From positions 1-64,000 of the IMG/VR virus record IMGVR_UViG_3300021197_001653: 64,000 nt of DNA. One strand, written 5' to 3'. The position numbers and the translations under genes are program-made. How positions within the stretch are numbered: position 1 is the first letter of the stretch; every line of letters begins with the position of its first letter. This stretch comes from a virus. The notes beneath the pieces were generated by a model. It ran no database searches. It saw nothing but the letters and a program-made list of their open reading frames with translations, and had not been told where the DNA came from. Below are positions 15,926 through 25,716 of this stretch, piece after piece.

Positions 15926-18307
15926 ATGAGTAGAACACATACATTTAACATGCCTATTCAAAGGCTTTCTCTTTCTAGAAAAACAAAAGAATGGAGAAAA
16001 GATAATGTGGATGCTGGTGATAAGCATTCATTTTATAACAATGAATCAGTAAGGCAAACCCTTAGAAATAAAATTATAAATTATAAGTTATATAATGGTA
16101 TAGTTGATATTAAAGATTTAGTAAGTGTTACTAATCCTTATAATCAAGATGCTAGTTTTATACCTGACAATATACCCCATAATCCAATTCTTGTACCAAA
16201 GATAGACTTACTATTAGGTGAAGAGATTAAAAGGAGGTTTGATTGGAGAGTAGTTGTCCAGAATAGTGATGCTATTTCTAAGAAGGAAGAAGATAAAAAA
16301 GCAGAATTACAACGTAGGGTTACAGAATTTATTCAAGCTAATTACGCTGAAGAAGAGCAGGATCAAAGATTTCAAGAGTTAGAGGACTTTATGAAGTATG
16401 ATTGGCAAGACTTGAGAGAAAAAATGGCTAGTCAGATACTTCGTTACTATTATCAATATGAAGAATTTGATAGAAAGTTTAATGAAGGGTTTAAAGATGC
16501 TCTATTAGTTGCAGAAGAAATATATAACATTGATATCGTTCATGATGAACCTATTCTTGAAAAACTAAACCCCTTAAAAGTACATGCTATAAGATCTGGT
16601 AAATCATCTATGATAGAAGATTCATCTATCATTATAATAGAGGATCACTGGAGTCCGGGTAGAGTTATAGATCATTACCATGATGATTTAAAACCTGCGG
16701 ATATAGATTATATAACTGAATACAATAGTAGCTCTAGAAGTGGTAGTTATTCAGATGATCAAAATAATCATGCTCTTCTTAGGGATAACTTAGGTAGTGA
16801 AGGTGTTGATGATTTCTTAAACATTGCAGAGATTAATGGTCATTACTTTAGTTCTAATTATACAGATGAGAATGGTAATATTAGAGTACTTAGAGTATAC
16901 TGGAGATCTATTAAAAAAATAAAGAAAATTAAATATTACACCACAGAAGGTGAAGTTGAATATAAGATAATGTCTGAAGAGTACATCCCAAACAAATTAA
17001 TGGGTGAAGAAGAGACTGTCTTATGGGTTAATGAATGGTGGGAAGGAACTAAAATTGGAAAAGACATATATGTTAATATGCGTCCTAAAAAAGTTCAATA
17101 TAATAAATTAGAGAATCCATCTAAGTGTGGTCCCGGTATTGTTGGTCAAGTATATAATACTAACCAAGGTAGAGCTGTATCATTAGTTGATAGAATGAAA
17201 AACTATCAATACATGTACGATGCTATATGGGATAGACTTAATAAAGCTATAGCAAGTAACTATGGTAAAATAATGGAACTGGATTTAGCCAAAGTACCTG
17301 AAGGATGGGAAATGGAGAAATGGTTGCATTTTGCTGTAGTTAATAAAATAGCTGTAGTTGATTCTTTTAAAGAAGGTAATAAAGGTGCTGCTACTGGAAA
17401 ACTAGCTGGTGGTATGAACACTCAAGGTGGTAGAGTAATGGATATGGAAACAGGTAATTATATCCAACAACATATTCAATTATTAGAATTCATTAAGAAT
17501 GAAATGTCTGAGATAGCAGGTGTATCTAAACAAAGAGAAGGGGCTATTCATCAAAATGAAACTGCACAAGGTGTTGAGAGATCTGTAAATCAATCTAGTC
17601 ACATTACAGAATTTTGGTTTGATACTCATGAAAGAGTTAAACTTAGAGTGATGACAACTTTCTTAGAAGCAGCTAAGATTGCTTTACAAGGTAAAAGTAA
17701 AAAAGTACAATATATATTAGATGATCAGACTATCCAACTATTAAACATGGATGGTGAAGATTTATCTGAAGCAGATTATGGTATTTTAATGACCTCTTCA
17801 TCTAAAACACAAGAGTTAGAACAAATGTTAAAAACAAATGCACAAGCTTTTGTTCAGAATGGTGGTAGTTTGTCTACAATCATAGATATTTATTTTAGCC
17901 CTAGTATTTCAGATATGAGACGTAAGTTAGAGTTAGCTGAAGAAAAGATGAATGAGAGAGCAGCTAAACAAGCTGAGGATCAGAATAAATTAACTCAACA
18001 AGCACAAGATCAACAATTACAGTTAGAGCAAGAAAAAATGCAGTTAGATAATCTTAAGAATGAAAGGGATAATGAAACTGCAAGATATATTGCTGAGTTA
18101 AAAGAGCAAGGGGAAAGTGATACAATTGATGATGGTGTGGAGAACCCATTAGATAGAGAGAAGTTAAATTTAGATGTTAAAAAACAAAGAGATGATTTAA
18201 TGACTAAAATTAAAGCTCTGGATAATGATATGGTAAAACATCATGATAAAATGACACGTGAAGATAAGAAAATAGCTGTTTCAAAAAGTAAACCAACATC
18301 AAAATAG
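15926..18307 (+). CDS. portal protein
   Basis: 793 aa directly after terL; IAGVSKQREGAI motif; C-terminal coiled coil. Confidence 0.9.
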   Translation: MSRTHTFNMPIQRLSLSRKTKEWRKDNVDAGDKHSFYNNESVRQTLRNKIINYKLYNGIVDIKDLVSVTNPYNQDASFIPDNIPHNPILVPKIDLLLGEEIKRRFDWRVVVQNSDAISKKEEDKKAELQRRVTEFIQANYAEEEQDQRFQELEDFMKYDWQDLREKMASQILRYYYQYEEFDRKFNEGFKDALLVAEEIYNIDIVHDEPILEKLNPLKVHAIRSGKSSMIEDSSIIIIEDHWSPGRVIDHYHDDLKPADIDYITEYNSSSRSGSYSDDQNNHALLRDNLGSEGVDDFLNIAEINGHYFSSNYTDENGNIRVLRVYWRSIKKIKKIKYYTTEGEVEYKIMSEEYIPNKLMGEEETVLWVNEWWEGTKIGKDIYVNMRPKKVQYNKLENPSKCGPGIVGQVYNTNQGRAVSLVDRMKNYQYMYDAIWDRLNKAIASNYGKIMELDLAKVPEGWEMEKWLHFAVVNKIAVVDSFKEGNKGAATGKLAGGMNTQGGRVMDMETGNYIQQHIQLLEFIKNEMSEIAGVSKQREGAIHQNETAQGVERSVNQSSHITEFWFDTHERVKLRVMTTFLEAAKIALQGKSKKVQYILDDQTIQLLNMDGEDLSEADYGILMTSSSKTQELEQMLKTNAQAFVQNGGSLSTIIDIYFSPSISDMRRKLELAEEKMNERAAKQAEDQNKLTQQAQDQQLQLEQEKMQLDNLKNERDNETARYIAELKEQGESDTIDDGVENPLDREKLNLDVKKQRDDLMTKIKALDNDMVKHHDKMTREDKKIAVSKSKPTSK

Positions 18308-18320
18308 CTATTAGTTAATG
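18302..18320. promoter_or_regulatory. palindromic motif AAATAGCTATTAGTTAATG upstream of scaffold/MCP promoter
   Basis: 18/19 identity to the copy at 15805. Confidence 0.55.
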
Positions 18321-18350
18321 TTTAAAAATAAAATAATATAATAAATTAAT

Positions 18351-18381
18351 TTGGAATTTATAACTTTTTTTATTATATTTG
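18351..18381 (+). promoter_or_regulatory. scaffold/MCP promoter
   Basis: TTG(18351)-N20-TATATTTG(18374-18381). Confidence 0.8.
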
Positions 18382-18402
18382 TACAATTAAAGGGAGAAAA
18401 CT

Positions 18403-19530
18403 ATGAGTAAAGAAAATGAAAATTTTGATATGAGTCTGTTTGAATCAGATTCATTTGAACTAAATATGGGTGATGATAATCCATTTTTAGATACAGCAAT
18501 ATCGGATGATACTACAGATGATAATCTAAATCCAGATAATGTTGATGATAAAGACAATATAAATCCTAATGAGGGCGCAGATGACCCAGAGAAAGTAGTT
18601 AAGGATGAGCTAGAGAATAAGGGTAATGAAGATTCAAATGATGATACTTCTCCCAATATTTATTCTTCTTTTGCATCTGTGCTAAATGAACAAGGTTTAT
18701 TACCCTCTCTAGAAAACAATGATGAAATTAAAACGGTTGATGATTTAACAGTAGCTTTAAAGTCTGAGATTCAAAATCAATATAAAGATTTCATCATAGA
18801 TAAAATAGGAGAAGATGGATTTGATGCATTAGAAAAAGGTGTAAGCCTTGCTGAGTTTCAAGAACATCAAGATAATACACTTGTATTAGAAGGTATTCAA
18901 TCAGATAAACTAGGTGAAGATTTAGAATTAAGTAAAAATATCATATTACAAGATTATTTAGCTCAAGGATTATCTGAAGATAGAGCATTAAGAATATTAA
19001 AAAAGACAATTGATTTAGGGGACGAAGCAATTATTGAAGATGCTCAACAATCTTTAGAAAGTTTAAAAGAGTTCCAAGGTGCTAGATTAGAAAAACTTAA
19101 AGCAGAAAATGCACTTAAAGTTGAGAAAGATCAATTAGCTCAAGAAAAAATAGATAATGACTTAAAAAATTCTATTTATAATGTTAATGAAATTATAAAA
19201 GATATTAAGTTAAATAAAACAAATAAGGATAACTTATATAATAGTATTACTAAAATAGTAAGTAAAAGTCCTGAAGGAATGCTAGAAAATCAGTTAATGA
19301 AGGATAGAAGAGATAATCCAATTGATTTTGATATTAAAATGCATTACTTCTATAATTTAACAAATGGTTTTAAAGACTTTAGTTCAATTACAAGAAAATC
19401 AACAAGTAAAGCAGTTAACAATTTAGAAAGTGCTTTACGTAACAATAACCCTAACGAACATTCTGCTCAACCTGGATTTTTAAATGATCCTGATAGTTAT
19501 GGTGGGTATGGAGATGAGTTAGTATTTTAA
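18403..19530 (+). CDS. putative scaffolding protein
   Basis: Acidic disordered N-terminus plus helical region, between portal and MCP. Confidence 0.65.
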   Translation: MSKENENFDMSLFESDSFELNMGDDNPFLDTAISDDTTDDNLNPDNVDDKDNINPNEGADDPEKVVKDELENKGNEDSNDDTSPNIYSSFASVLNEQGLLPSLENNDEIKTVDDLTVALKSEIQNQYKDFIIDKIGEDGFDALEKGVSLAEFQEHQDNTLVLEGIQSDKLGEDLELSKNIILQDYLAQGLSEDRALRILKKTIDLGDEAIIEDAQQSLESLKEFQGARLEKLKAENALKVEKDQLAQEKIDNDLKNSIYNVNEIIKDIKLNKTNKDNLYNSITKIVSKSPEGMLENQLMKDRRDNPIDFDIKMHYFYNLTNGFKDFSSITRKSTSKAVNNLESALRNNNPNEHSAQPGFLNDPDSYGGYGDELVF

Positions 19531-19563
19531 GAGTAAATAATAATAATAAAAATTAATTAAATT

Positions 19564-21072
19564 ATGAGTTTAGGTAAATTTGTCATGACGAAAGGTAAAT
19601 CTTGGTCAGGACTAACATTAAAGAACCACATTGGAGCAATCTTTGGAAGTAGACCCCAATTGGTATCACCACTTACCACTGTACTTTTACAAAATTCAGG
19701 GATGAAAAATCTGGACACTACTTTATCGTTGTTTCCAGAAAAAACAATAGAAACATCTGATGATTTTATTTGGAAAGTAGTAGGTAGTGATGAAAGGAAT
19801 ATTCCTTTAGTAGAAGCAAGAGCAGCTGGTTCTGTAATAACAGGTGGAGACACTGGGGTTGGTGCAGCGCGAGGTATAATTGAACTTGTATTCGCTGAGA
19901 AATACTTTACAAAAGTGCATGTAATTGCTGGTAATAAACCAGACTTATATCAATTTAGAATTTTAAGTGAACCAACTGAAGAAGGTGGAAACTATGTTTA
20001 CGAAGTAGAGTTATTTGGTGGGCAAGAAACATTAGCTGGTGTACCTGGTACAGAGTTAGTTGTTGGAAATAGATTCAGTATGGAATCTGCTTATGTAGAA
20101 GATGAACTATCTACTTCGGGTGCTGGAATTCAATTCACATCTCCATATACTATGAGAAACAGTGTATCTACACTTCGTTTTGAACATAAGGTATCTGGTG
20201 CTATGATTGACTGTAAAGTTAAACCAGTTTATTTTGCTGGGATTGAAACAAGAGATGCTAATAGCGGTAAAGTTCATAAGTCTGTTACATGGATGCAAGA
20301 AGTATACTGGCAATTTGAAAAATCAATTTCTCGTCTTAAGGCAAGAACATTAATGTTTGGTAAAACAAATAGAGATGAAAATGGTAGATTCCTTAATAAA
20401 GGTGATTCTAACATTGAAATCAAAGCTGGTTCTGGAATTAGAGAACAAATGGAAGTGTCTAACACTACTACTTATAATAAGTTCTCAATTAGATTACTAG
20501 AAGATTTGTTATCTGAATTATCTGAAGGTAAATTAGACTTTGGTGAACGTAAATTTATGTTACGTACTGGAGAAAGAGGTGCTATTCAGTTTAATAAAGC
20601 AGTTGCAAAAGAAGCGTCTGGATGGGCAGCATTAGGATTTGATAACACTGGTACACATGGTGTACAGAAAGTACAATCTAAATTCCATAATAATGCATAT
20701 TCTGCTGGATTCCAATTCACAGAATGGAGAGCTCCTAATAACATTCATGTAATGTTAGAGGTTGATCCTATGTATGATGATAAAGTAAGAAATAAAGTAT
20801 TGCATCCAGATGGAGGTGTTGCTGAATCTTACAGATATGATATTTTATATATCGGTTCTATGGAAGAGCCTAATATCCAAAAAATAAAAGTTCGTGGTGA
20901 AGACGAAATGAGAGGATATAAAGGTGGTATTAGAAATCCATTTACAGGACGTAGAGGTGGAACAATGGAACATATGGAAGACTCTGCAATTATGAGTGCT
21001 ATGTGTTGGACAGGTTCAATGGTGAAAGATCCATCAAGAACTGCAACATTGAAACCATCATTATTAAGTTAA
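19564..21072 (+). CDS. major capsid protein (crAss-like HK97 fold)
   Basis: 502 aa; WSGLTLKNHIG, GSGIREQME, HPDGGVAESYRYD motifs; synteny. Confidence 0.9.
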   Translation: MSLGKFVMTKGKSWSGLTLKNHIGAIFGSRPQLVSPLTTVLLQNSGMKNLDTTLSLFPEKTIETSDDFIWKVVGSDERNIPLVEARAAGSVITGGDTGVGAARGIIELVFAEKYFTKVHVIAGNKPDLYQFRILSEPTEEGGNYVYEVELFGGQETLAGVPGTELVVGNRFSMESAYVEDELSTSGAGIQFTSPYTMRNSVSTLRFEHKVSGAMIDCKVKPVYFAGIETRDANSGKVHKSVTWMQEVYWQFEKSISRLKARTLMFGKTNRDENGRFLNKGDSNIEIKAGSGIREQMEVSNTTTYNKFSIRLLEDLLSELSEGKLDFGERKFMLRTGERGAIQFNKAVAKEASGWAALGFDNTGTHGVQKVQSKFHNNAYSAGFQFTEWRAPNNIHVMLEVDPMYDDKVRNKVLHPDGGVAESYRYDILYIGSMEEPNIQKIKVRGEDEMRGYKGGIRNPFTGRRGGTMEHMEDSAIMSAMCWTGSMVKDPSRTATLKPSLLS

Positions 21073-21094
21073 TAATAGATTACATATAAAAGTT

Positions 21095-21128
21095 TAAAGG
21101 GGGTTTTTCAATCCCCTTTATACTATTT
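21095..21128 (+). terminator. hairpin after MCP, probably a leaky terminator
   Basis: TAAAGGGG...CCCCTTTA stem with a weak U-tract. Confidence 0.6.
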
Positions 21129-21150
21129 AAAATTTAAAAAGGGAGAAGAC

Positions 21151-22005
21151 ATGAGTACAAAAGAAGCAACAAAGGCATTTGAGTTGCCTAATAAAAAGGT
21201 AACTGTAAAATTTATTAAAAGGCGTAGAGGTATGGCAGCTAATGTTAGTGAAGGCCATATTATTTCTGGAGGGATGCTACCCAATTCAAAAAAGAAATTT
21301 TCTGCACCAGTAAAACAGAATGGTACAATAGCTAATATTCTTACTAAGCAAGAAAAAGAATATTTAGAAGACTTATTACAATATAAATTATCAGTATATG
21401 GAGAATTTTGGGAAACATTCCAAGTATCTTTATTTAAAGATGATGCTAGTAATAGATTTGATTTAAGTGATCCTATAGATTATATTTCTGTTAGATTACT
21501 TAGTAAATTAAATGAAATAGCACCTAATTGGAAATCTAGAAATGACGATCAGAGTTATCAGTTCGCTATTGTAGAAGATGATGAAATACAAAATGAAAGA
21601 AAAGTTAAACTTGACATTAAAAAAGAAGCTTTCAAATTGTATGGTAAAATTGAGGATGATAAAGATAAATTATTATCAGTATTAAAATTATTAACAAATC
21701 AACCAATATCTAAGAATTCAAAATTAGATTGGATTCAAGGTAAAGTTGAAGATTATGTAGATACTACACCAAAGGCGTTTGTAAGTATTTTACAAGACCC
21801 AACATTTGATACTAAGGTATTAATAGTTAAAGGTGTAGAAGCTAAGATAATTATTAGAAAAGGTAATAAATATTCAACAGTAGATGGATTAGACTTATGT
21901 TATGATGGTCAAATTGCATCTTATAGTAACGCAATAGCTTATTTGGAAGATCCAAAGAATCAAGACGTAAGAACTCTTATAGAAGCTAAAATTAATTCTA
22001 AATAA
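21151..22005 (+). CDS. conserved crAss-like protein downstream of MCP
   Basis: 284 aa; synteny. Confidence 0.75.
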   Translation: MSTKEATKAFELPNKKVTVKFIKRRRGMAANVSEGHIISGGMLPNSKKKFSAPVKQNGTIANILTKQEKEYLEDLLQYKLSVYGEFWETFQVSLFKDDASNRFDLSDPIDYISVRLLSKLNEIAPNWKSRNDDQSYQFAIVEDDEIQNERKVKLDIKKEAFKLYGKIEDDKDKLLSVLKLLTNQPISKNSKLDWIQGKVEDYVDTTPKAFVSILQDPTFDTKVLIVKGVEAKIIIRKGNKYSTVDGLDLCYDGQIASYSNAIAYLEDPKNQDVRTLIEAKINSK

Positions 22006-22748
22006 TGACACAAACTGAATTTAGTAATGAATTTGATATATACTATAATAGTATAGCTAGTAATAGTGCACCCGGTTTAGATTTGTATGAAAAATCATCT
22101 TATCTTACCAAGTCACAATTAGAGATAGTTAAAAACTATTTTAATCCTAAAGGTAATAAATATCAAGAAGGGTTTGAAGATTCATCTAAAAGAAGAAATG
22201 ATTTGAATGAATTAATTAAATCTTATGAGTCAACTACTATAATTGATTCAACTAAAGGTTTATCTAATGATTCAAAATTTTTTAAGGTTCCTACTGACCT
22301 ATTTTTAATAGTTCAAGAACAAGCTGTAATATCTTCATCAGACACATGTATAAATGGTACTACATTAGATGTAATTCCAAAAACATATGATGAGTATAAC
22401 ACACAAAAAAAGAATCCTTTTAAGAGCCCTGATAAGTCAGTGATATGGAGAATGGATTTTTACTCACAGAATGGAAGTGATAAGAATGTTGAATTAATTA
22501 ATCCTAATACGATTACAAAATATCAGGTGAGATATATTTCTTATCCTGAGCCAATTATATTAACAGATTTAACTACTGCTTTTGAAGGAGAAGGTTTAAG
22601 TATAGATGGTGAAACTGCAAGTAAAACATGTAAACTTAGTGAAAGTATACATAGAGAGATTTTAGATAGGGCTGTTGAATTAGCTTTATCTGATTATAAA
22701 CAAAATAATTTAGCTTTAAAAACACAGCTAAATTCTAGAAATGAATAA
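22005..22748 (+). CDS. tail ring / head-tail adaptor protein
   Basis: EFSNEFDIYYN..APGLDLYEKS..LTKSQ, PEPIIL and HREILDRAVELA motifs typical of crAss ring proteins. Confidence 0.7.
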   Translation: MTQTEFSNEFDIYYNSIASNSAPGLDLYEKSSYLTKSQLEIVKNYFNPKGNKYQEGFEDSSKRRNDLNELIKSYESTTIIDSTKGLSNDSKFFKVPTDLFLIVQEQAVISSSDTCINGTTLDVIPKTYDEYNTQKKNPFKSPDKSVIWRMDFYSQNGSDKNVELINPNTITKYQVRYISYPEPIILTDLTTAFEGEGLSIDGETASKTCKLSESIHREILDRAVELALSDYKQNNLALKTQLNSRNE

Positions 22749-22772
22749 TAACAATAATTAAAATTAAAAAAA

Positions 22773-23774
22773 ATGAGTGTATTTGGTCCAAACCAAGTGG
22801 AAGAGTTAATCATAGGTGATGCGGTTGCAGCGGAAACGACTGTAGCTACCTTTATTGCTTCTGCTTCAGACAATGAAATCGCAGTATTATCTGCGGACGG
22901 TAGTGCAGTAGCTGCTGGTGAAAAATTTAAATTACTGCAAAAAACAGCTGGAAGTGCAGCTAAAGGATTAAACTTTGAATTTTCAGATTTAATCAATCCT
23001 AGTAAAGTTGATAAGATTATCTTAAAAGAACATTCTGCTGAGGTAAACAAATCTGCAACTGCAACAGTAGGCTCTGCAAGTGCTAATACTACTTATGTAT
23101 TAGAATGTAGATTGTATAATGATGGTGGTACTTTATCACCTGAAAACTTTGCTATTGTATCTGGTTATTATGTAACTGGTGGTAGTGCAGGAACTATACA
23201 GGCTATTAGAGATGGTTTAATTACATCTTTACAAGCTAATCTAACTTTACGTGGCGGTGGAGAATTAAGTGTTACACCTAGTTCAACAGATGCTATTGTA
23301 ATTGCTGGTATAGCTCAAGATGTAGTAGCTGGTAAAATCACAGGTAGACAAATTGAATTTGAAGTAGCTGGTAAATCTTTTGCTGAATCTCAATTAGTAC
23401 CTGAAAATACAGAAGCTATTACAGTAGTAGTTGCTAATGAAAACTTCCCTGGAGTTGGAACTGGTAAATATGCTGTGAATTTAGAATGGTTTACTAAAGG
23501 TTATAAATATGAAGTGTATAGAGCTACAGGTTACCCTGCTGATTTTGGAGAAAGAACTCCTTATTATGCAAGTGCTGCTAGTACTTATAATGCTATTCAT
23601 ATTAAATATAAGAGTGATAGAATTTCACCAACTGTAGAAGAGCAACCAAAAGTACTTACTATATTAGTTGTAAAAACTGATTTAGCAAGTAATGTTAATA
23701 CTAATAATGTATTAGCTCAGTTAAGAACAGCAGTAGGGACAGAAAATGTACCTTCTGATTTAGCTGTAGTATAA
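22773..23774 (+). CDS. auxiliary capsid (decoration) protein
   Basis: 333 aa, Ala/Thr-rich; GTGKYAVNLEWF..YR..GYP motif; followed by a terminator. Confidence 0.65.
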   Translation: MSVFGPNQVEELIIGDAVAAETTVATFIASASDNEIAVLSADGSAVAAGEKFKLLQKTAGSAAKGLNFEFSDLINPSKVDKIILKEHSAEVNKSATATVGSASANTTYVLECRLYNDGGTLSPENFAIVSGYYVTGGSAGTIQAIRDGLITSLQANLTLRGGGELSVTPSSTDAIVIAGIAQDVVAGKITGRQIEFEVAGKSFAESQLVPENTEAITVVVANENFPGVGTGKYAVNLEWFTKGYKYEVYRATGYPADFGERTPYYASAASTYNAIHIKYKSDRISPTVEEQPKVLTILVVKTDLASNVNTNNVLAQLRTAVGTENVPSDLAVV

Positions 23775-23799
23775 TAGTAAGTAGCTTTTATTAAATATT

Positions 23800-23834
23800 A
23801 AGGGGGTGAGATATAAAACCTCATCCCTTTTTTT
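23800..23834 (+). terminator. intrinsic terminator
   Basis: AAGGGGGTGAG-loop-CTCATCCCTT followed by a T-run. Confidence 0.85.
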
Positions 23835-23846
23835 AATTTACAGAAT

Positions 23847-24416
23847 ATGATAACAATAAACACATTACAAATTTCAGTAGATAGATTATCAATGTCTGTG
23901 TCTTTGACAGCAGAGGTAGGTGATCTTTTTACTTCAGTAAATCTTTGGACAGAATCTACATTTAAAGATTATACTCAAGCTATAGATTTTTCATCTAAAT
24001 TAGCTGGTTCAACTAATACTGAATCATTTACTATTTTAGCATCAGATTTAAATATACCTGTATTTGATGGATTATATTTTTTAGAATTTGGTGATAATGC
24101 AGCTAATTTACAATTAGGTTCTGTAGCAGAATTAACAACCTATAAAAAATGTCTTTTAGATAGTACATTAGAAATATTAGGTTCTAATGTTAATGTATTA
24201 AAAGGGGAGGGTTGTAATAATACAGATTTTAATAAAGTTATATATGTTAATGCTATATTAAATGCATTGCAAGCAGCTATGATATCTGGATATTATGGTG
24301 AAGCTATAGATTTAATAGCTGTTCTTAAAAAGTTTTGTACAGAATGTCCTGATTGCCCTACATTATCAAGTATCCTATCTTTAGGTACTTTAAATAACAA
24401 CCTTATAATAATATAA
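23847..24416 (+). CDS. tail hub/collar-like structural protein
   Basis: Beta-rich N-terminus and helical Cys-containing C-terminus; synteny. Confidence 0.5.
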   Translation: MITINTLQISVDRLSMSVSLTAEVGDLFTSVNLWTESTFKDYTQAIDFSSKLAGSTNTESFTILASDLNIPVFDGLYFLEFGDNAANLQLGSVAELTTYKKCLLDSTLEILGSNVNVLKGEGCNNTDFNKVIYVNAILNALQAAMISGYYGEAIDLIAVLKKFCTECPDCPTLSSILSLGTLNNNLIII

Positions 24417-24421
24417 TTAAT

Positions 24422-25711
24422 ATGGATAATATAGTATTATACGACATCTTAGTTGGCTCTATGAGCGTAGCTCTTAGTAAAGTTAAATCAACTGGTAAAT
24501 TAGATGTTTATGATTTACATTTACTTACTATATTTGGAAAGTTATTAAATGATTTTAATAGTACGATAACTTTAACTGACAGAAATACATTAGAAGAATC
24601 TATTAGGTTATTACAAAATAAAAATAGTTATATATGTAATTATAAAAATATTAGTGGTGTAACAATTAATAATGTAATTAATGTTAAACCGGTTGTAACC
24701 AACTTAGCAATAGAGGTTGATGATTTATCTCGCTTCTTTACTTTTGAAGATTTTACATCAACATTTACAGATGTTAACGGAGACTTACCAGACAAAATAA
24801 GAATAAACACTTTACCTACAGAAGGTAATTTAACTTTAAATGGTAATGCAGTATTAGTTAATGATGAATTTACATCAAGTACAATTACATCACTATTATA
24901 TACATGGACTGATTATACAACTCAGACTGATGCTTTAGTATTTCAAGTAAGTGATAACAATATAAATAACCCTTTATTCAGCGATATGACAACAATGACA
25001 ATAAATATTAATGCTACTGTTAATTTACCACCTTCTCAAACAGGTGTATTAACATTAAACATTGATAATTCATCTACGCATATATTTACTCAAGCTAATT
25101 TTACAACAGAGACAGTTCCTGTTTATTTAGATCCTGAAGGTGATAATGCAAATAATATAAAAATAACACAATTAACTACAAATGGTGTTTTACAAAAAAA
25201 TGGTATACCAGTTAATACAAATGATAACATATCTTTTGTAGATATAAATGCTGGTAATTTTGCATATGTTACAAATGCAGCTGATCAAACTTTACATGTA
25301 GATACTTTTAATTTTAGTATATCAGATGAAGGTAGTGATCAGTTTACACCAGGTGGGAGTGGTGTAATTAATGTAGCTGCATATGTAAATCAAGCTCCTA
25401 CTACAGGGGATGGTTCTACAAATGTTGATGAAGGTAGTATATTAACATTTACTAGAGAAATGTTTACATCTTCTACTACACCCCCATATGCTGATCCTGA
25501 AGGTGATGTGGCTACTAATTGGAGAGCTGCAACTCTTCCTGCAACAGGTTTAATAAAATTAAATAATGTAAATATTAATGCATTACAAGTTATTACTTTT
25601 GCTGATATAGATTTAGGATTACTTACATATGTTCAAGCAGTTAGTGCTGGTGGTACTATGCCAGCGTTTAATTTTAATATACAAGATTCAGAAGGTAACT
25701 GGTCAAGTTAA
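24422..25711 (+). CDS. fibre/decoration protein with three cadherin-like repeats
   Basis: Three repeats of FT..F...DxxGD..I..LP..G.L..N...V......I.F. Confidence 0.7.
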   Translation: MDNIVLYDILVGSMSVALSKVKSTGKLDVYDLHLLTIFGKLLNDFNSTITLTDRNTLEESIRLLQNKNSYICNYKNISGVTINNVINVKPVVTNLAIEVDDLSRFFTFEDFTSTFTDVNGDLPDKIRINTLPTEGNLTLNGNAVLVNDEFTSSTITSLLYTWTDYTTQTDALVFQVSDNNINNPLFSDMTTMTININATVNLPPSQTGVLTLNIDNSSTHIFTQANFTTETVPVYLDPEGDNANNIKITQLTTNGVLQKNGIPVNTNDNISFVDINAGNFAYVTNAADQTLHVDTFNFSISDEGSDQFTPGGSGVINVAAYVNQAPTTGDGSTNVDEGSILTFTREMFTSSTTPPYADPEGDVATNWRAATLPATGLIKLNNVNINALQVITFADIDLGLLTYVQAVSAGGTMPAFNFNIQDSEGNWSS

Positions 25712-25716
25712 TATAT

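Noticed and set aside
13573-21072. Inteins or group I introns in terL, portal or MCP
   Set aside because: ORFs are uninterrupted, of expected size, with no intein or homing-endonuclease motifs.
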